Shown here: positions 9,253 through 19,806 of the stretch, piece after piece
Layout: every line of letters starts with the position of its first letter
Position numbering within the stretch: position 1 is the stretch's first letter
Assembly: GCA_027019065.1 (NCBI GenBank)
Contig: JALUXH010000195.1
Span: forward strand, 1 to 42,237
Direction of reading: 5' to 3'
Source of the DNA: Anaerolineales bacterium
GTDB lineage: Bacteria > Chloroflexota > Anaerolineae > Anaerolineales > DRMV01
Length of the DNA: 42,237 nt
Notes under the pieces: model-generated
Database searches by the model: none
Told to the model about the DNA's origin: nothing
Seen by the model: only the letters and a program-made list of their open reading frames with translations
Position numbers and translations under genes: made by a program

Positions 9253-10602
9253 CTAACGCACCAGCAGCGTATCTGTGTAGCCGTGCAGCCGCAGTTCGGC
9301 GTCAATGAAGAAGAAGATATCGCGCACCACGCCGACCACGATGAGCAGCCCGGCCGAAGAAATCAGCAACAGGCCCGAACGCCCGGCTGCTGCCAGCCCG
9401 GGCACCATCAGGGTCAGCAGGTAAGGCAGCACGGCCACAAAGCCCAGGAAAAGCGCCCCCGGCAGCGTGATGCGGCGCAGCACGCTCATCAGATATTGCT
9501 GGGTGCGTTCCCCCGGCGGCACGCCCGGTATTTTCGCACCCGAGCGCTTCAACTGTTCACCGTAGTTCTGCTGCATAAAGAGGACGTCGGTGTAGAAGAA
9601 GGTGAACAGCACCACCATCAGGAAATAAGTGAACCAGTACCACGGGCTGGTGGGCGCAAACACCCGCTGCATCGTCACCGCCAGGCTGGAAACCCACGCC
9701 GTGCCCGACTTCAAGAAAAATCCGGATAAAATGCCCGGCAGCGCCAGCAGCGACTGGGCGAAAATCAAGGGAATCATGCCCGCCAGGTTGACCATCAGCG
9801 GGAAAGTGCCCTTGACCGGCATAGACATGCGGGTGCCAATCCGCCGGCCGGGGTACATGACCGGCACGTTGCGCCGCCCCTGCTGCACGAATACGATCAG
9901 GAAGATGGTCGCCACCGTCACCACCAGCGAAATGGTGAGGTACGCCCAGCGGTGCTGTGCGTCACTCATCAGGCGGGCAAAGTTGAACGGCATCCGGGCC
10001 ACAATGCCTGCGAAGATGATAAGGGAAAGGCCCTGGTTCCGCAGGCCGTATTCGGAAATCAGTTCACCCAGCCAGATGGCGAACATGGTGCCCGCCGTCA
10101 TGGCGATAATCACCGTCAGCGTGGGAATCAGGTTGGCTCCGCTCCAGCCAAAGTGTCTGAGCACAGAGCGCCCGCCCGCAAAAGCCGAAAACAGGCTGAT
10201 TTGCCCCAGCGCCTGCAAGGCCGCCATGGGGATGGAAAGGATGTAAGTCCAGCGTTCCATCCACTTCTGGCCTTCGCGCGGGTCTTCATCCATGCGGGCT
10301 TTCCACGAAGGGATGATGGGCACGAGGATCTGCAAAATAATTTGCGCCGTAATGTAGGGGTACACCCCCATCGCGAGCACCGAAAACTGCGACACCGTGC
10401 CGCCGGAAAGCAGGTCAAGCAGGCCCACGAAAGCGCCCTGCGAGCCGCCCGAGTTGAGGATGCTCTTCAGCACGGCGTGGTTCACGCCCGGCACAGGCAC
10501 GTGCGCCGCGAGCCGGTAGAGCAGCAAAAGGCCCAGGGTGATGAGCAGTTTGCGGCGCAGGTCGGGTGCCATCCAGAGGTAGCGCCAAGCCGATCGTTTC
10601 AT
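9253..10602 (-). CDS. secY: preprotein translocase subunit SecY
   Basis: 449-aa polytopic membrane protein at the canonical rplO-secY-adk position. Motifs LLDLLSGG and GMGVYPYITAQII are present. Confidence 0.95.
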   Translation of the reverse strand: MKRSAWRYLWMAPDLRRKLLITLGLLLLYRLAAHVPVPGVNHAVLKSILNSGGSQGAFVGLLDLLSGGTVSQFSVLAMGVYPYITAQIILQILVPIIPSWKARMDEDPREGQKWMERWTYILSIPMAALQALGQISLFSAFAGGRSVLRHFGWSGANLIPTLTVIIAMTAGTMFAIWLGELISEYGLRNQGLSLIIFAGIVARMPFNFARLMSDAQHRWAYLTISLVVTVATIFLIVFVQQGRRNVPVMYPGRRIGTRMSMPVKGTFPLMVNLAGMIPLIFAQSLLALPGILSGFFLKSGTAWVSSLAVTMQRVFAPTSPWYWFTYFLMVVLFTFFYTDVLFMQQNYGEQLKRSGAKIPGVPPGERTQQYLMSVLRRITLPGALFLGFVAVLPYLLTLMVPGLAAAGRSGLLLISSAGLLIVVGVVRDIFFFIDAELRLHGYTDTLLVR

Positions 10603-10636
10603 GCAAGGCTCCTTCGGTCAGGGGTCGCCCGGGGGC

Positions 10637-11086
10637 TCAGGAAGCGAGGATCTCCACCGAACCGCCTGCGGCCTCAATTTTGGCCCGGGCGCTTTTGCTG
10701 ACACGGTGGGCTTTGACCTTCAGGGGCACCGAGACCTCGCCGCGCCCCAAGATGACCACGGGGTTTTTCGGTTCACTGAGGATGCCCTTTTCGGCCAATA
10801 CCTCGGGGGTGATTTCGCTGTTTGCGGGGAAATCGGCCAGGCGTTCCAGGTTCACCTCGTTGTATTCCACGCGGTTGAGGGGGGTAAAGCCGCGCTTGAA
10901 GGGCAAACGGCGGAAGAACGGCAGGTTGCCGCCCTGGTGATACAGGCGGGTGCCGCCGCCGCTGCGGGCGCCCTGGCCTTTGGTGCCGCGGCCGGCCGTT
11001 TTGCCCTGCCCGGCCGCAATGCCCCGGCCCACGCGCTTGCGGTTCCGCTTGGCGCCGCGGTTGGGTCGCAATTCATGCAGTTTCAT
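10637..11086 (-). CDS. rplO: 50S ribosomal protein L15
   Basis: MKLHELRPNRGAKRNRKRVGRGIAAGQGKTAGRGTKGQ... Confidence 0.95.
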   Translation of the reverse strand: MKLHELRPNRGAKRNRKRVGRGIAAGQGKTAGRGTKGQGARSGGGTRLYHQGGNLPFFRRLPFKRGFTPLNRVEYNEVNLERLADFPANSEITPEVLAEKGILSEPKNPVVILGRGEVSVPLKVKAHRVSKSARAKIEAAGGSVEILAS

Positions 11087-11088
11087 GG

Positions 11089-11280
11089 TTACGCACTCTC
11101 CTCCACACGGACGAGGTGGCGCACCTTCGCCACCATCCCCCGAATGACGGGGGTGTCTTCATGTTCCACAGTCTGGTGCATCCGGCGCAGCCCCAGCGCC
11201 CGCAAAGTGCCTTTCTGGCGCTTGTCGTATCCGATGGGGCTTTTCACCAGGGTGATGCGCAAGGTTTTCTGCTTAGTCAT
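11089..11280 (-). CDS. rpmD: 50S ribosomal protein L30
   Basis: The C-terminal 63 aa of ORF 11089-11487 read [50 protein letters not shown]... ATG 11280 overlaps the rpsE end by 8 nt. Confidence 0.9.
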   Translation of the reverse strand: MTKQKTLRITLVKSPIGYDKRQKGTLRALGLRRMHQTVEHEDTPVIRGMVAKVRHLVRVEESA

Positions 11281-11812
11281 GGCGCTTGTTCCTCCGGTCC
11301 CAGAAGGGCAGCACCTCTTCGGGGTTCTTGCCGCGCACTTTGGCGACCTCTTCCACCGCTTTGAGCTGCTCCAGCGCCTGCATGGTAGCCTTGACCACGT
11401 TGAGCAGGTTATTGCTGCCCAAAGATTTGGTGAGGATGTCACGCACGCCCACGGCTTCCAGCACAGCGCGCACGCCGCCGCCGGCAATCACCCCCGTACC
11501 GGGGGAAGCCGGTTTCAGCAGCACCCGCGCGCCGCCCACTTCGCCGATGACCTCGTGGGGAATCGTGGTGTCGTAAAGGTTGATCTTCTTAAGGTTGCGG
11601 CGGGCGCGCTCGGAAGCCTTCCGCACCGCATCGGGCACCGCGCCGGCTTTGCCGATGCCAATGCCCACCCGGCCGCGATGGTCGCCCACGACCACCGTGG
11701 CGCGGAAAGTAAACCGTCGTCCGCCCTTGACCACCTTCGCCACGCGGGCAATTTCAACGGTGCGCTCTTCCAGTTCGTCTTCTGCCTGTGCAGCAGGTTG
11801 ATACTGAGCCAT
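11273..11812 (-). CDS. rpsE: 30S ribosomal protein S5
   Basis: ...[34 protein letters not shown]... Confidence 0.95.
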   Translation of the reverse strand: MAQYQPAAQAEDELEERTVEIARVAKVVKGGRRFTFRATVVVGDHRGRVGIGIGKAGAVPDAVRKASERARRNLKKINLYDTTIPHEVIGEVGGARVLLKPASPGTGVIAGGGVRAVLEAVGVRDILTKSLGSNNLLNVVKATMQALEQLKAVEEVAKVRGKNPEEVLPFWDRRNKRHD

Positions 11813-11827
11813 AGCGTTCTCCTCGCC

Positions 11828-12193
11828 TTAGAATTCCAGGCCGCCTTCGCGGGCGCCGTCGGCCAGGGCTTTCACGCGGCCGATGTACTGATAACCGCCG
11901 CGGTCGAACACCACCGTTTTGATGCCGGCCGCCAGGGCGCGCTCAGCGATGGCTTTGCCCACCAGCCGGGCCTGCTCGGTCTTGTTCAGCCCTTTCATCT
12001 GGGGGCGCAGTGCTTTATCAATGGTGGAAGCCGCCGCCAGCGTGCGCCCGGCCTCGTCGTCAATGACCTGGGCGTAAATCTGCCCCAGGCTGCGGAAGAC
12101 GTTCAACCGCGGGCGTTCCGGCGTCCCGTGCACCTTTTTGCGCACCCGCAGGTGGCGTCGGATTCGTGCCTCTCGTCGGGTTTTCTTAGCCAT
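11828..12193 (-). CDS. rplR: 50S ribosomal protein L18
   Basis: ...[20 protein letters not shown]...[28 protein letters not shown]. Confidence 0.95.
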   Translation of the reverse strand: MAKKTRREARIRRHLRVRKKVHGTPERPRLNVFRSLGQIYAQVIDDEAGRTLAAASTIDKALRPQMKGLNKTEQARLVGKAIAERALAAGIKTVVFDRGGYQYIGRVKALADGAREGGLEF

Positions 12194-12208
12194 TTTTCAA
12201 CCTCGCTC

Positions 12209-12763
12209 CTACACCTTGCCGGCCTTGCCGGCCTTGCGGCGCACCGCTTCGCCCGCATAGCGGATGCCTTTGCCCTTGTAGGGTTCCGGCGGGCGCACTT
12301 TGCGGATGTCCGCAGCCACCTGGCCGACCCGCTGCTTGTCGTAGCCCCGGACGATGATGCGCATCGGGCGGGATTTGGTATCCACCTCAAATTCAATGCC
12401 CTCAGGCGGGGAAACCGGCACCGGATGGGAAAAGCCGACGTGCAGCACCAGGTCTTTGCCTTTCATTTCGGCCCGGTAGCCCACGCCGTGAATTTCCAAC
12501 ACTTTCTCAAAGCCCTGGCTGACGCCCACCACCATGTTGTTGATGAGGGCGCGGGTCATGCCGTGCCAGGCGCGGTGCTGGCGCTCATCCGAGGGGCGTT
12601 CCACGGTAATGGCCTTCTCTTCCGGCTTGTAGGCAATTTTCATCGCTGCGGGGAAGGTGTGGGCCAGTTCGCCTTTCGGCCCTTTCACCCGCACGTGCGA
12701 GCCCTTGATTTCTACCTGCACGCTATCCGGCACAGGCACGGGCAAACGTCCAATCCGAGACAC
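12209..12763 (-). CDS. rplF: 50S ribosomal protein L6
   Basis: VSRIGRLPVPVPDSVQVEI... GTG 12763 has AAGGAGG 6 nt upstream. The ATG 12784 in the ORF track contains that RBS. Confidence 0.9.
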   Translation of the reverse strand: MSRIGRLPVPVPDSVQVEIKGSHVRVKGPKGELAHTFPAAMKIAYKPEEKAITVERPSDERQHRAWHGMTRALINNMVVGVSQGFEKVLEIHGVGYRAEMKGKDLVLHVGFSHPVPVSPPEGIEFEVDTKSRPMRIIVRGYDKQRVGQVAADIRKVRPPEPYKGKGIRYAGEAVRRKAGKAGKV

Positions 12764-12851
12764 ACTCAACCTCCTTTCGGCCACTGGCGTCGCCGGGGCG
12801 CGCCAGGTCGTTCCGAAATGATTTCTCGCCTCACCGATTCGGCAGGTGGCC

Positions 12852-13268
12852 CTACCAGATCTTGCAAAGCACTTCGCCGCCGACGCCCAGTTTGCGGGCC
12901 CGCTCGCTGGTCATCACGCCTTTGGGCGTGCTCACGATGGCAATACCCAGGCCGGAACGCACCCACGGCAGCTCGGCTTTGCCCGCGTAAACCCGGCGTC
13001 CGGGTTTGCTGACCCGTTCCAGGCCTTCAATCACTGGGCGCCGCTGACGGCGTTCCCCAACATACTTCAGGCGCACCCGCAGCGTTTTGTGGCTGGGGCG
13101 ATTTTTATCTTGCAACACCTGGTAGCCGTCAATGTAGCCCTCTTCTTTGAGAATGCGGGCAATGGCTACCTTCATCTTGGAACTGGGCATTTCCACCTGG
13201 GTATGCCCCGCCATTTGCGCGTTGCGAATGCGCGTCAACATATCCGCAATGGGATCGGTCATCGTCAT
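12852..13268 (-). CDS. rpsH: 30S ribosomal protein S8
   Basis: [17 protein letters not shown]... ATG 13268 has GGAGG 8 nt upstream. Confidence 0.95.
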   Translation of the reverse strand: MTMTDPIADMLTRIRNAQMAGHTQVEMPSSKMKVAIARILKEEGYIDGYQVLQDKNRPSHKTLRVRLKYVGERRQRRPVIEGLERVSKPGRRVYAGKAELPWVRSGLGIAIVSTPKGVMTSERARKLGVGGEVLCKIW

Positions 13269-13287
13269 CGTTACCACCTCCGCCCGA

Positions 13288-13470
13288 CTACCAAGAAGCC
13301 TTGGTCACGCCGGGGATTTTACCCTCTAAGGCCAATTCGCGGAAACAAATCCGGCACACCCCAAATTTGCGCATGTAGCCGCGCGGGCGGCCGCAAATAC
13401 GGCAGCGGTTGCGCACTCGGGTGGGGTACTTCCGGCGCTGTTCGCGGTAAACCATGCTCTTTTTGGCCAT
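13288..13470 (-). CDS. rpsZ: 30S ribosomal protein S14, type Z (Zn-binding, 60 aa)
   Basis: [60 protein letters not shown], with CxxC...CxxC. Confidence 0.95.
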   Translation of the reverse strand: MAKKSMVYREQRRKYPTRVRNRCRICGRPRGYMRKFGVCRICFRELALEGKIPGVTKASW

Positions 13471-13472
13471 AA

Positions 13473-14018
13473 CTACCCTTCCTTCCTGAACGGCATACCC
13501 AGCAGGGTCAACAATTGACGGCCTTCTTCGTCGTTGCGGGCGGTGGTCACAATGGTGACTTCCATGCCGCGGACTTTATCAATTTTGTCGTAGTCTATTT
13601 CCGGGAAGATGAGTTGCTCCCGGACGCCCAGGGTGTAGTTGCCGCGCCCGTCAAAGGCGTTGGGGGAAACCCCGCGGAAGTCGCGCACCCGCGGCAGGGC
13701 GACATTCATCAGCCGGTCCAGGAAGGCCCACATCTTGTCGCCGCGCAGCGTGACTTTGACGCCGATGGCGCGCCCTTCGCGCAGTTTGAAGGCGGCCACA
13801 CTTTTGCGGGCTTTGGTAATAATGGGCTTCTGCCCGGTGATGGTCGCCATATCCTGGACGGCGTAATCCAGGGCTTTGGCGTTATCCAGGGCTTCACCCA
13901 GGCCAATGTTGACCACGATTTTGGTGATGCGCGGCACCTGCATGATGTTTTTCAGGCCCAGCGACTTCATCAAGGCCGGCACCACCTCGTTCCTGTATTT
14001 TTCCTCTAAACGCATCAT
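13473..14018 (-). CDS. rplE: 50S ribosomal protein L5
   Basis: ...[18 protein letters not shown]...[28 protein letters not shown]. Confidence 0.95.
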   Translation of the reverse strand: MMRLEEKYRNEVVPALMKSLGLKNIMQVPRITKIVVNIGLGEALDNAKALDYAVQDMATITGQKPIITKARKSVAAFKLREGRAIGVKVTLRGDKMWAFLDRLMNVALPRVRDFRGVSPNAFDGRGNYTLGVREQLIFPEIDYDKIDKVRGMEVTIVTTARNDEEGRQLLTLLGMPFRKEG

Positions 14019-14037
14019 GGCTTGTCTCCTTACCGGC

Positions 14038-14361
14038 CTAATCCATCACCGCGCCGCAGCGTTTGCAGTAGCGTTCGGCAATGCCTTCGGTGCGGTGAAC
14101 GCCCACGCGGGTGGCTTCCCCGCATTTCGGGCACACCAACATGACGTTGGAAATGTCAATCGGGGCTTCAAATTCAATGATGCCCGGCGTGATGGTCTGG
14201 CCCTGGGCCTGCACCTGCTGCTGGTGCTTTTTGCGGATGCTGACGCCCTGGACCACCACCCGCCGCTCACGCGGCAGCACCCGAATCACCTCGCCCTTTT
14301 TGCCTTTGTCGCGGCCGGCAATCACCAGCACGGTGTCGCCTTTACGAATCTTCACTTTCAC
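14038..14361 (-). CDS. rplX: 50S ribosomal protein L24 with C-terminal CxxC...CxxC ribbon
   Basis: KOW motif ([19 protein letters not shown]), then [11 protein letters not shown]...YCKRCG. As I recall, Thermus L24 has the same ribbon. Confidence 0.95.
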   Translation of the reverse strand: MKVKIRKGDTVLVIAGRDKGKKGEVIRVLPRERRVVVQGVSIRKKHQQQVQAQGQTITPGIIEFEAPIDISNVMLVCPKCGEATRVGVHRTEGIAERYCKRCGAVMD

Positions 14362-14373
14362 GGCTCACACTCC

Positions 14374-14745
14374 TCACAGCACTTCGGGGGCCAGGGAAAC
14401 GATTTTCATGAAGCCCTTTTCGCGCAGTTCCCGCGCCACCGGCCCGAAGATGCGGGTGCCTTTAGGGTTGACGCCGTCGTTGTCTAAAATCACGGCGGCA
14501 TTGTCGTCAAAGCGAATGTGGGAACCGTCTTCACGCCGCCACTCTTTGGCGCAGCGCACCACCACAGCCCGCACGATGTCGCTCTTTTTGACCGAGCCGT
14601 TGGGGGCCGCGGCTTTAACCGTCGCCACCACCACATCGCCCACGCGGCCGTAGCGGCGCTTGGAACCGCCCAACACGCGGATCACCAGGATCTCTTTGGC
14701 GCCGGTGTTATCGGCAACCTTCAAGCGCGATTCTTGCTGAATCAT
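14374..14745 (-). CDS. rplN: 50S ribosomal protein L14
   Basis: [28 protein letters not shown]... Confidence 0.95.
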   Translation of the reverse strand: MIQQESRLKVADNTGAKEILVIRVLGGSKRRYGRVGDVVVATVKAAAPNGSVKKSDIVRAVVVRCAKEWRREDGSHIRFDDNAAVILDNDGVNPKGTRIFGPVARELREKGFMKIVSLAPEVL

Positions 14746-15026
14746 GCCTCGGCCTCCTGCTCGGCCACGACGTCTTCATTGCCGCGCGCCCGCCGCACGA
14801 TGGCTTCCACCACCCAGTGCTTGGTCTTGGAAATCGGGCGGCTTTCCACAATGCGCACCTGGTCGCCCACATGGGCGCCCAGTTCGTCGTGGGCCTTGTA
14901 TTTCTTGTGCGAGCGCACCACCTTCTTGTAGAGTGGATGCCGGAAAGCGCGGCTGACCCGCACCACGACCGTTTTGTCCATCTTGTCGGAAATCACAACA
15001 CCCGTCAGTCGCCGACGCTTGTTCAT
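14742..15026 (-). CDS. rpsQ: 30S ribosomal protein S17
   Basis: ...[31 protein letters not shown]...; 4-nt overlaps with both neighbours. Confidence 0.95.
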   Translation of the reverse strand: MNKRRRLTGVVISDKMDKTVVVRVSRAFRHPLYKKVVRSHKKYKAHDELGAHVGDQVRIVESRPISKTKHWVVEAIVRRARGNEDVVAEQEAEA

Positions 15027-15241
15027 GCTTCACCTTCCTCGGCCAGTGCTTCTTCCAGTTCCCGCTCCCGCAAAATGGTGAGGTAGCGGGCAATCAGGCG
15101 GCGGGTTCGGCGCGGCGCATTGGTATCTACCAGTTCACCGGTCGTTTTCTGGAAGCGCAGGTGCATCAGTTCTTCCCGCGCCTCGGCCAGCCGCGCTTCG
15201 ATTTCCTCGGTAGAAAGTTTGCGAATCTCTGCGGCTTTCAT
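15023..15241 (-). CDS. rpmC: 50S ribosomal protein L29
   Basis: [31 protein letters not shown]... Confidence 0.9.
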   Translation of the reverse strand: MKAAEIRKLSTEEIEARLAEAREELMHLRFQKTTGELVDTNAPRRTRRLIARYLTILRERELEEALAEEGEA

Positions 15242-15660
15242 GCTTCCTCCAACCCTTCGCGGACGACGATTTTGGTCTTCACCGAGAGTTTATAGGAAGC
15301 CAGGCGCAGTGCCTCTTTGGCCACGTCTTCGGGCACGCCGGCAATCTCAAACATCACCCGTCCCGGCTTGACCACCGCCACCCAGAGTTCCACGTTCCCT
15401 TTGCCGGAGCCCATGCGGGTTTCCGCGGGTTTTTTGGTGACCGGCTTATCGGGGAAAATGCGAATCCAGATTTTCCCGCGGCGGCGCATATGGCGCACCA
15501 TCGCACGGCGGGCGGCTTCAATTTGCCGGGCGGAAATCCACCCCGGCTCCAGGGCCTGCAGGCCGTAATCGCCGAAGTGCACTTCAGCGCCTCGCAGCGC
15601 CTTGCCCCTCATGCGGCCGCGCATCTGCTTGCGGTATTTGACGCGTTTGGGCATCAACAT
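15238..15660 (-). CDS. rplP: 50S ribosomal protein L16
   Basis: [36 protein letters not shown]... Confidence 0.95.
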   Translation of the reverse strand: MLMPKRVKYRKQMRGRMRGKALRGAEVHFGDYGLQALEPGWISARQIEAARRAMVRHMRRRGKIWIRIFPDKPVTKKPAETRMGSGKGNVELWVAVVKPGRVMFEIAGVPEDVAKEALRLASYKLSVKTKIVVREGLEEA

Positions 15661-15696
15661 GGTTTCTACTCCTCTCGCGGCGGGAAACCGCCGTGG

Positions 15697-16377
15697 CTAT
15701 TCGCTCACATACACGCCCTCGGTGGCCACAGGGGCTTCCTCTTCCACCTCGGGCAGCACATCACCTTTGTAAATCCACACCTTCACGCCGATTCGGCCGT
15801 AGGTCGTCAGGGCTTCCGCTTTGGCGTAGTCTATATCGGCCCGCAGGGTTTGCAGCGGCACGCGGCCATCGCGCAGCCAAACGGTGCGCGCCATCTCTGC
15901 CCCTGCAAGGCGGCCGGCAACCTGAATTTTGATGCCCTTGGCGCCCTGGCGCATGGCCTGCTGAATGGCCCGCTGCATCGCTCGCCGGTAGCTCACCCGC
16001 CGCGACAACTGGTCGGCGATGTTGTGCGCCACCAGGTAAGCATCCAGGTCGGGCACTTTGATTTCGCTGATATCCACGTCCACTTTGGAACCCACCAGCC
16101 CTTCCAGCGCGGCGCGCAGTTGCTTGATGGTCGCACCCTTGCGGCCGATCAGGATGCCCGGCTTGGCCGTGTGCACCGTGATTTTGACCTTGGCCGGGAA
16201 ACGCTCAATCTCAATGCGGGAAATCCCCGCCCGCGGCGCCTGTTCGCGAATCAGGCGGCGGATGGCCAGATCCTGGTGCAATTGTTCCCGGTATTGCGGC
16301 CCTTCCGCGAACCAGCGGCCTTCCCAGGTCTTGTTGATCTTCAGACGAAAGCCAATCGGATGTACTTTGCGACCCAT
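15697..16377 (-). CDS. rpsC: 30S ribosomal protein S3
   Basis: [24 protein letters not shown]..., with a KH domain. Confidence 0.95.
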   Translation of the reverse strand: MGRKVHPIGFRLKINKTWEGRWFAEGPQYREQLHQDLAIRRLIREQAPRAGISRIEIERFPAKVKITVHTAKPGILIGRKGATIKQLRAALEGLVGSKVDVDISEIKVPDLDAYLVAHNIADQLSRRVSYRRAMQRAIQQAMRQGAKGIKIQVAGRLAGAEMARTVWLRDGRVPLQTLRADIDYAKAEALTTYGRIGVKVWIYKGDVLPEVEEEAPVATEGVYVSE

Positions 16378-16386
16378 AAATGACTC

Positions 16387-16734
16387 CTATTCCTCTTCAT
16401 GCTCGCGCAGAATCACGGTGATGTGCGAGGAGCGCTTGAGAATGGGCTTGAAGCGCCCCCGCGCGCCAAAGCGTCGCCACTTGCGGGTAGGGCCTTCATC
16501 GGCAAAGATGCGGTAGATGTAAAGGTCCTCACGGTTCAAACCGAAGTTCTCTTCGGCGTTCGCGACGGCCGAAGCGATGAGTTTGTACACCGGACGCGCC
16601 GCGCTGTGCGGCATGAAGTGCAGGATTTCCAGCGCTTCGTCGGCGTCCTTTCCCCGCACCAGGTTGATGACCCGGCGGGCTTTGAAAGGCGAGACGGGAA
16701 CGTAACGCGCTTTCGCGCGGACATCTATCGCCAT
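16387..16734 (-). CDS. rplV: 50S ribosomal protein L22
   Basis: ...KARYVPVSPFKARRVINLVRGKDADEAL.. Confidence 0.95.
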   Translation of the reverse strand: MAIDVRAKARYVPVSPFKARRVINLVRGKDADEALEILHFMPHSAARPVYKLIASAVANAEENFGLNREDLYIYRIFADEGPTRKWRRFGARGRFKPILKRSSHITVILREHEEE

Positions 16735-16737
16735 GGC

Positions 16738-17010
16738 CTATCTCCTCTTTTTCTCTACGACATGCCCGCGGAAAGTCCGCGTCGGCGCAAATTCGCCGAG
16801 TTTGTGCCCCACCATGTTTTCGGTGATGTAAATGGGCACGTGCCGGCGGCCATTGTGCACGGCGATGGTGTGGCCGACCATTTGGGGAAAGATGGTGCTC
16901 GCGCGGCTCCACGTGCGAATGACCTTCTTTTCGCCGCGGGCATTCATTGCCTCAATCTTGCGGAGCAGTTTCGGGGCTACATAAGGCCCTTTTTTCAGGG
17001 AACGTCCCAT
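16738..17010 (-). CDS. rpsS: 30S ribosomal protein S19
   Basis: [16 protein letters not shown]...[30 protein letters not shown] 17010 has GGAGG 8 nt upstream. Confidence 0.95.
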   Translation of the reverse strand: MGRSLKKGPYVAPKLLRKIEAMNARGEKKVIRTWSRASTIFPQMVGHTIAVHNGRRHVPIYITENMVGHKLGEFAPTRTFRGHVVEKKRR

Positions 17011-17037
17011 AATTTCAACCTCCAACCAAACCCGCGC

Positions 17038-17874
17038 TTAGCGGCGTTTCTTGCTGCGTCGGCGCACGATGTATTTATCGGTTTTCTTGTTGCGGCGCGT
17101 TTTGGCGCCCAGGGTCGGCTTGCCCCACGGCGATTTGGGGCCCGGCAGGCCAATGGGCTGGCGGCCTTCCCCACCGCCGTGGGGATGGTCGCGCGGCGAC
17201 ATCGCCGAACCGCGCACCGTCGGGCGGATGCCCATGTGGCGTTTGCGCCCGGCCTTGCCGATTTTGATATTGCTGTGCTCCACATTCCCCACCTGGCCGA
17301 TGGTGGCATAGCATTCCTGGCGCACCAGGCGCACTTCACCCGAAGGCAGGCGGATGTGCGCGTAGTCGCCTTCTTTGGCCAGCAACTGTGCCGAGGAACC
17401 CGCCGAGCGCACCAGTTGCCCGCCGCGCCCGGGGTACAGTTCAATGTTGTGAATCATCGTCCCCGTGGGGATGTTGGCAATCGGCATGGCGTTGCCGGGG
17501 CGAATTTCGGCTTCCGGCCCGGCCAGCACCGTATCGCCCACCTGCAGCCCGAGGGGAGCAATGATGTAGCGCTTTTCGCCATCGGCGTAGTGCAGCAGGG
17601 CGATGCGCGCCGTGCGGTTGGGGTCGTATTCAATCGCGGCCACTTTCGCCGGAATGCCGCGTTTGTCGCGCTTGAAGTCAATGATGCGGTAGTAACGCTT
17701 GCTGCCGCCGCCCCGATGGCGCACCGTCACCCGCCCGTAGGCGTTGCGTCCGGCGCGTTTTTTCAACGGCGCAATCAGCGAGCGTTCCGGCCGGGTTTTG
17801 GTGATTTCCTCAAAAGTGTAGCCCAGCATGCCGCGGCGGCCGGGCGTCATCGGTTTGTATTTCTTGATACCCAT
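17038..17874 (-). CDS. rplB: 50S ribosomal protein L2
   Basis: [15 protein letters not shown]...GGGEGR... ATG 17874 overlaps the rplW TGA stop by one base (TGATG). Confidence 0.95.
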   Translation of the reverse strand: MGIKKYKPMTPGRRGMLGYTFEEITKTRPERSLIAPLKKRAGRNAYGRVTVRHRGGGSKRYYRIIDFKRDKRGIPAKVAAIEYDPNRTARIALLHYADGEKRYIIAPLGLQVGDTVLAGPEAEIRPGNAMPIANIPTGTMIHNIELYPGRGGQLVRSAGSSAQLLAKEGDYAHIRLPSGEVRLVRQECYATIGQVGNVEHSNIKIGKAGRKRHMGIRPTVRGSAMSPRDHPHGGGEGRQPIGLPGPKSPWGKPTLGAKTRRNKKTDKYIVRRRSKKRR

Positions 17875-18176
17875 CACTTCACCCCTTCAAAGAGGTCAAT
17901 CGTCTCACCGGGGGCCAAGGTCACAATCGCCTTTTTGTAGCCGCGCCGCCGAATCCCCATCCGCCGGTTACGCCAGCGGCGCGTTTGTTTGGCAGGCATG
18001 TTCATCACCCGCACCTTTTCCACCGTCACCTCAAAAAAGGTTTCCACCGCTTCTTTGATCATCGGCTTGGTGGCGTCTTCGGCCACCTCAAAGGCATACT
18101 GCCCCAGTTTGGTATGCTGATAGCGGCTCTTTTCGGTGATAATCGGGCGACGCAGCACATCGTAAATCGTAGTCAT
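17874..18176 (-). CDS. rplW: 50S ribosomal protein L23
   Basis: [17 protein letters not shown]...[17 protein letters not shown]. Confidence 0.95.
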   Translation of the reverse strand: MTTIYDVLRRPIITEKSRYQHTKLGQYAFEVAEDATKPMIKEAVETFFEVTVEKVRVMNMPAKQTRRWRNRRMGIRRRGYKKAIVTLAPGETIDLFEGVK

Positions 18177-18186
18177 TTCGCCCTCC

Positions 18187-18828
18187 TCAACCCAGGAAAG
18201 CGGCGATGACGTCCAACGCCGCCAACGGCATCACGACTTTGTCGTAGCCCAGCAGGTCACGGATGTTGAGATAGCGGGCCACCAGGGCTTTGGCATAGGG
18301 CAGGTTCCGTGCCGAGTAGGCCACGTGGGCCCACCGCTCGTTCGCCTGGGGGCTTTCGGGAAGCAAAATCAGCGCGCTGGCTTCCTCGCCCACCAGCGCC
18401 TGCAGCACTTCGGCCATGCGGCGCGTCTTCGGTTCGGGGAAGTCCAGGTCTTCCACCACTACCACGCCCGCTTCGGCGGCTTTGACCGAAAGGGCGGAAC
18501 GCAGGGCGGCGCGGCGCATTTTCCTGGGCATATCCAGCGTGTATTGGCGGGGCTTGGGCGTGTGCACCTTGCCGCCGCCGACCCATTGGGGCGCCCGAAT
18601 GGAACCCTGCCGGGCCCGGCCGGTGCCTTTCTGGCGCCAGGGCTTGCGCCCGCCGCCGGAAACTTCGCTGCGCCCTTTAGTGCTATGCGTGCCCAGGCGG
18701 GCATTGGCCATCTGCCGCACATAAGCCTGGTGCATCAAATCAGGCCGAATGGGGGCCTCAAAGATGGCAGCGGGGAGTTCCACCTCGCGCACCTTTTGCC
18801 CTTCCATGTTATACACATCCACTTTCAT
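18187..18828 (-). CDS. rplD: 50S ribosomal protein L4
   Basis: ...[41 protein letters not shown]... Confidence 0.95.
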   Translation of the reverse strand: MKVDVYNMEGQKVREVELPAAIFEAPIRPDLMHQAYVRQMANARLGTHSTKGRSEVSGGGRKPWRQKGTGRARQGSIRAPQWVGGGKVHTPKPRQYTLDMPRKMRRAALRSALSVKAAEAGVVVVEDLDFPEPKTRRMAEVLQALVGEEASALILLPESPQANERWAHVAYSARNLPYAKALVARYLNIRDLLGYDKVVMPLAALDVIAAFLG

Positions 18829-18845
18829 GGCTCTGCTCCGAATCC

Positions 18846-19475
18846 CTAATTCTTCCGGGCCGCGCGGATGAGCACCAGGCCGCCTTTGGGGCCGGGCACA
18901 CCACCCTTCACAGCCAACAGGTTGCGTTCCGGGTCCACCAGGACCACCTCAAGCCCCATCACGGTGACGCGGTTGGCGCCCATGTGGCCGGGGCCGCGGT
19001 TGCCCTTCATCGTGCGGCCAGGGGTCGAGCCCGCCCCACGGGAACCAGGGGCGCGCCAGCGGTCCGACTGGCCGTGGGTCTTGGGGCCGCCGCCGAAGCC
19101 CAAACGCTTCACGCCGCCCTGGAAACCCCGGCCTTTGCTGGTGCCGATGACATCGACTCGTTCACCCACGGCAAAACGCTCCACCGTCACCGTATCCCCC
19201 TCGGCGACATCCGGGTCTTTCACCCGGAATTCACGCAAATAGCGCAGCGGCGGCACGCCCACCCGCTTCAGGTGGCCCAACTGGCCGCCGGTCAACCGCT
19301 TGGGGTTGACTTCCTGAAAGCCCAACTGCACCGCCGAGTAACCGTCTTTCTCGGGGCGGCGCACCTGGGTCACGTAGCAAGGCCCAGCCTCAATGAGCGT
19401 CACAGGAATGGCCGCGCCGTGCTCATTGAAGATCTGGGTCATGCCGATCTTCTTTCCAATCAGCCCTTTGAACAT
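18846..19475 (-). CDS. rplC: 50S ribosomal protein L3
   Basis: [16 protein letters not shown]...[10 protein letters not shown]-type motif ([15 protein letters not shown]). Confidence 0.95.
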   Translation of the reverse strand: MFKGLIGKKIGMTQIFNEHGAAIPVTLIEAGPCYVTQVRRPEKDGYSAVQLGFQEVNPKRLTGGQLGHLKRVGVPPLRYLREFRVKDPDVAEGDTVTVERFAVGERVDVIGTSKGRGFQGGVKRLGFGGGPKTHGQSDRWRAPGSRGAGSTPGRTMKGNRGPGHMGANRVTVMGLEVVLVDPERNLLAVKGGVPGPKGGLVLIRAARKN

Positions 19476-19806
19476 TTCGGTTGTTCTCCTTTACAGCAAA
19501 GTTTCTCGGGACTGTCGGCCTGGGCTTGAGCCGCATCATCCCGCCCCTCAGCAGTCAGCAGGCCGCCGCGAGCGAAAGGGCAGTTTTCTGTGCGCTCGCG
19601 GTCCGGCGCCGCTCTTACTCAGGGGGAACCGTCCACCAGCGGCCTGGCCGCTGCTATGACTTTTTCAAGGCCTTGAAGCCCGGCGCTTCGCTGGGGAGGG
19701 CGCACAAGGGCAACCCTCCCCAGCGGTTCAGGCTTCGCAAAGCCTGCCAATTTTACCCGATGTGAAGCAGGCTGTCCACGTTTTCGCGCCCGTTCGGGCC
19801 GCGGGA
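19476..19806 (-). promoter_or_regulatory. 331-nt highly structured non-coding spacer between rpsJ and rplC (candidate leader or regulatory RNA)
   Basis: No minus-strand ORF of 60 aa or more. Stems, in plus coordinates: 19566-19574/19593-19601 (9 bp), 19637-19642/19648-19653 (6 bp), palindrome 19664-19677, 19689-19700/19714-19725 (12 bp), 19729-19735/19740-19746 (7 bp with a tetraloop), and about 19785-19803. Confidence 0.55.
19750..19778 (-). promoter_or_regulatory. promoter candidate inside the rpsJ-rplC spacer (TGGACA, 17 nt, TAAAAT)
   Basis: On the minus strand, TGGACA is at 19778-19773 and TAAAAT at 19755-19750, with an exact 17-nt spacer. This would give a leader of roughly 265-270 nt before rplC. 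Confidence 0.45.

Noticed and set aside
10601-13012. 803-aa plus-strand ORF opposite rplO to rpsH. The same class includes 16399-17940 (+), 19940-21463 (+), 8629-9729 (+) and 15490-16383 (+).
   Set aside because: These are antisense shadows of ribosomal protein, tuf and adk genes, with no domain signatures. The opposite-strand genes are unambiguous.
19481-19765. 94-aa plus-strand ORF inside the rpsJ-rplC spacer
   Set aside because: It lies on the strand opposite the operon, has no RBS, and reads through the stem-loop repeats. Its composition looks non-coding.
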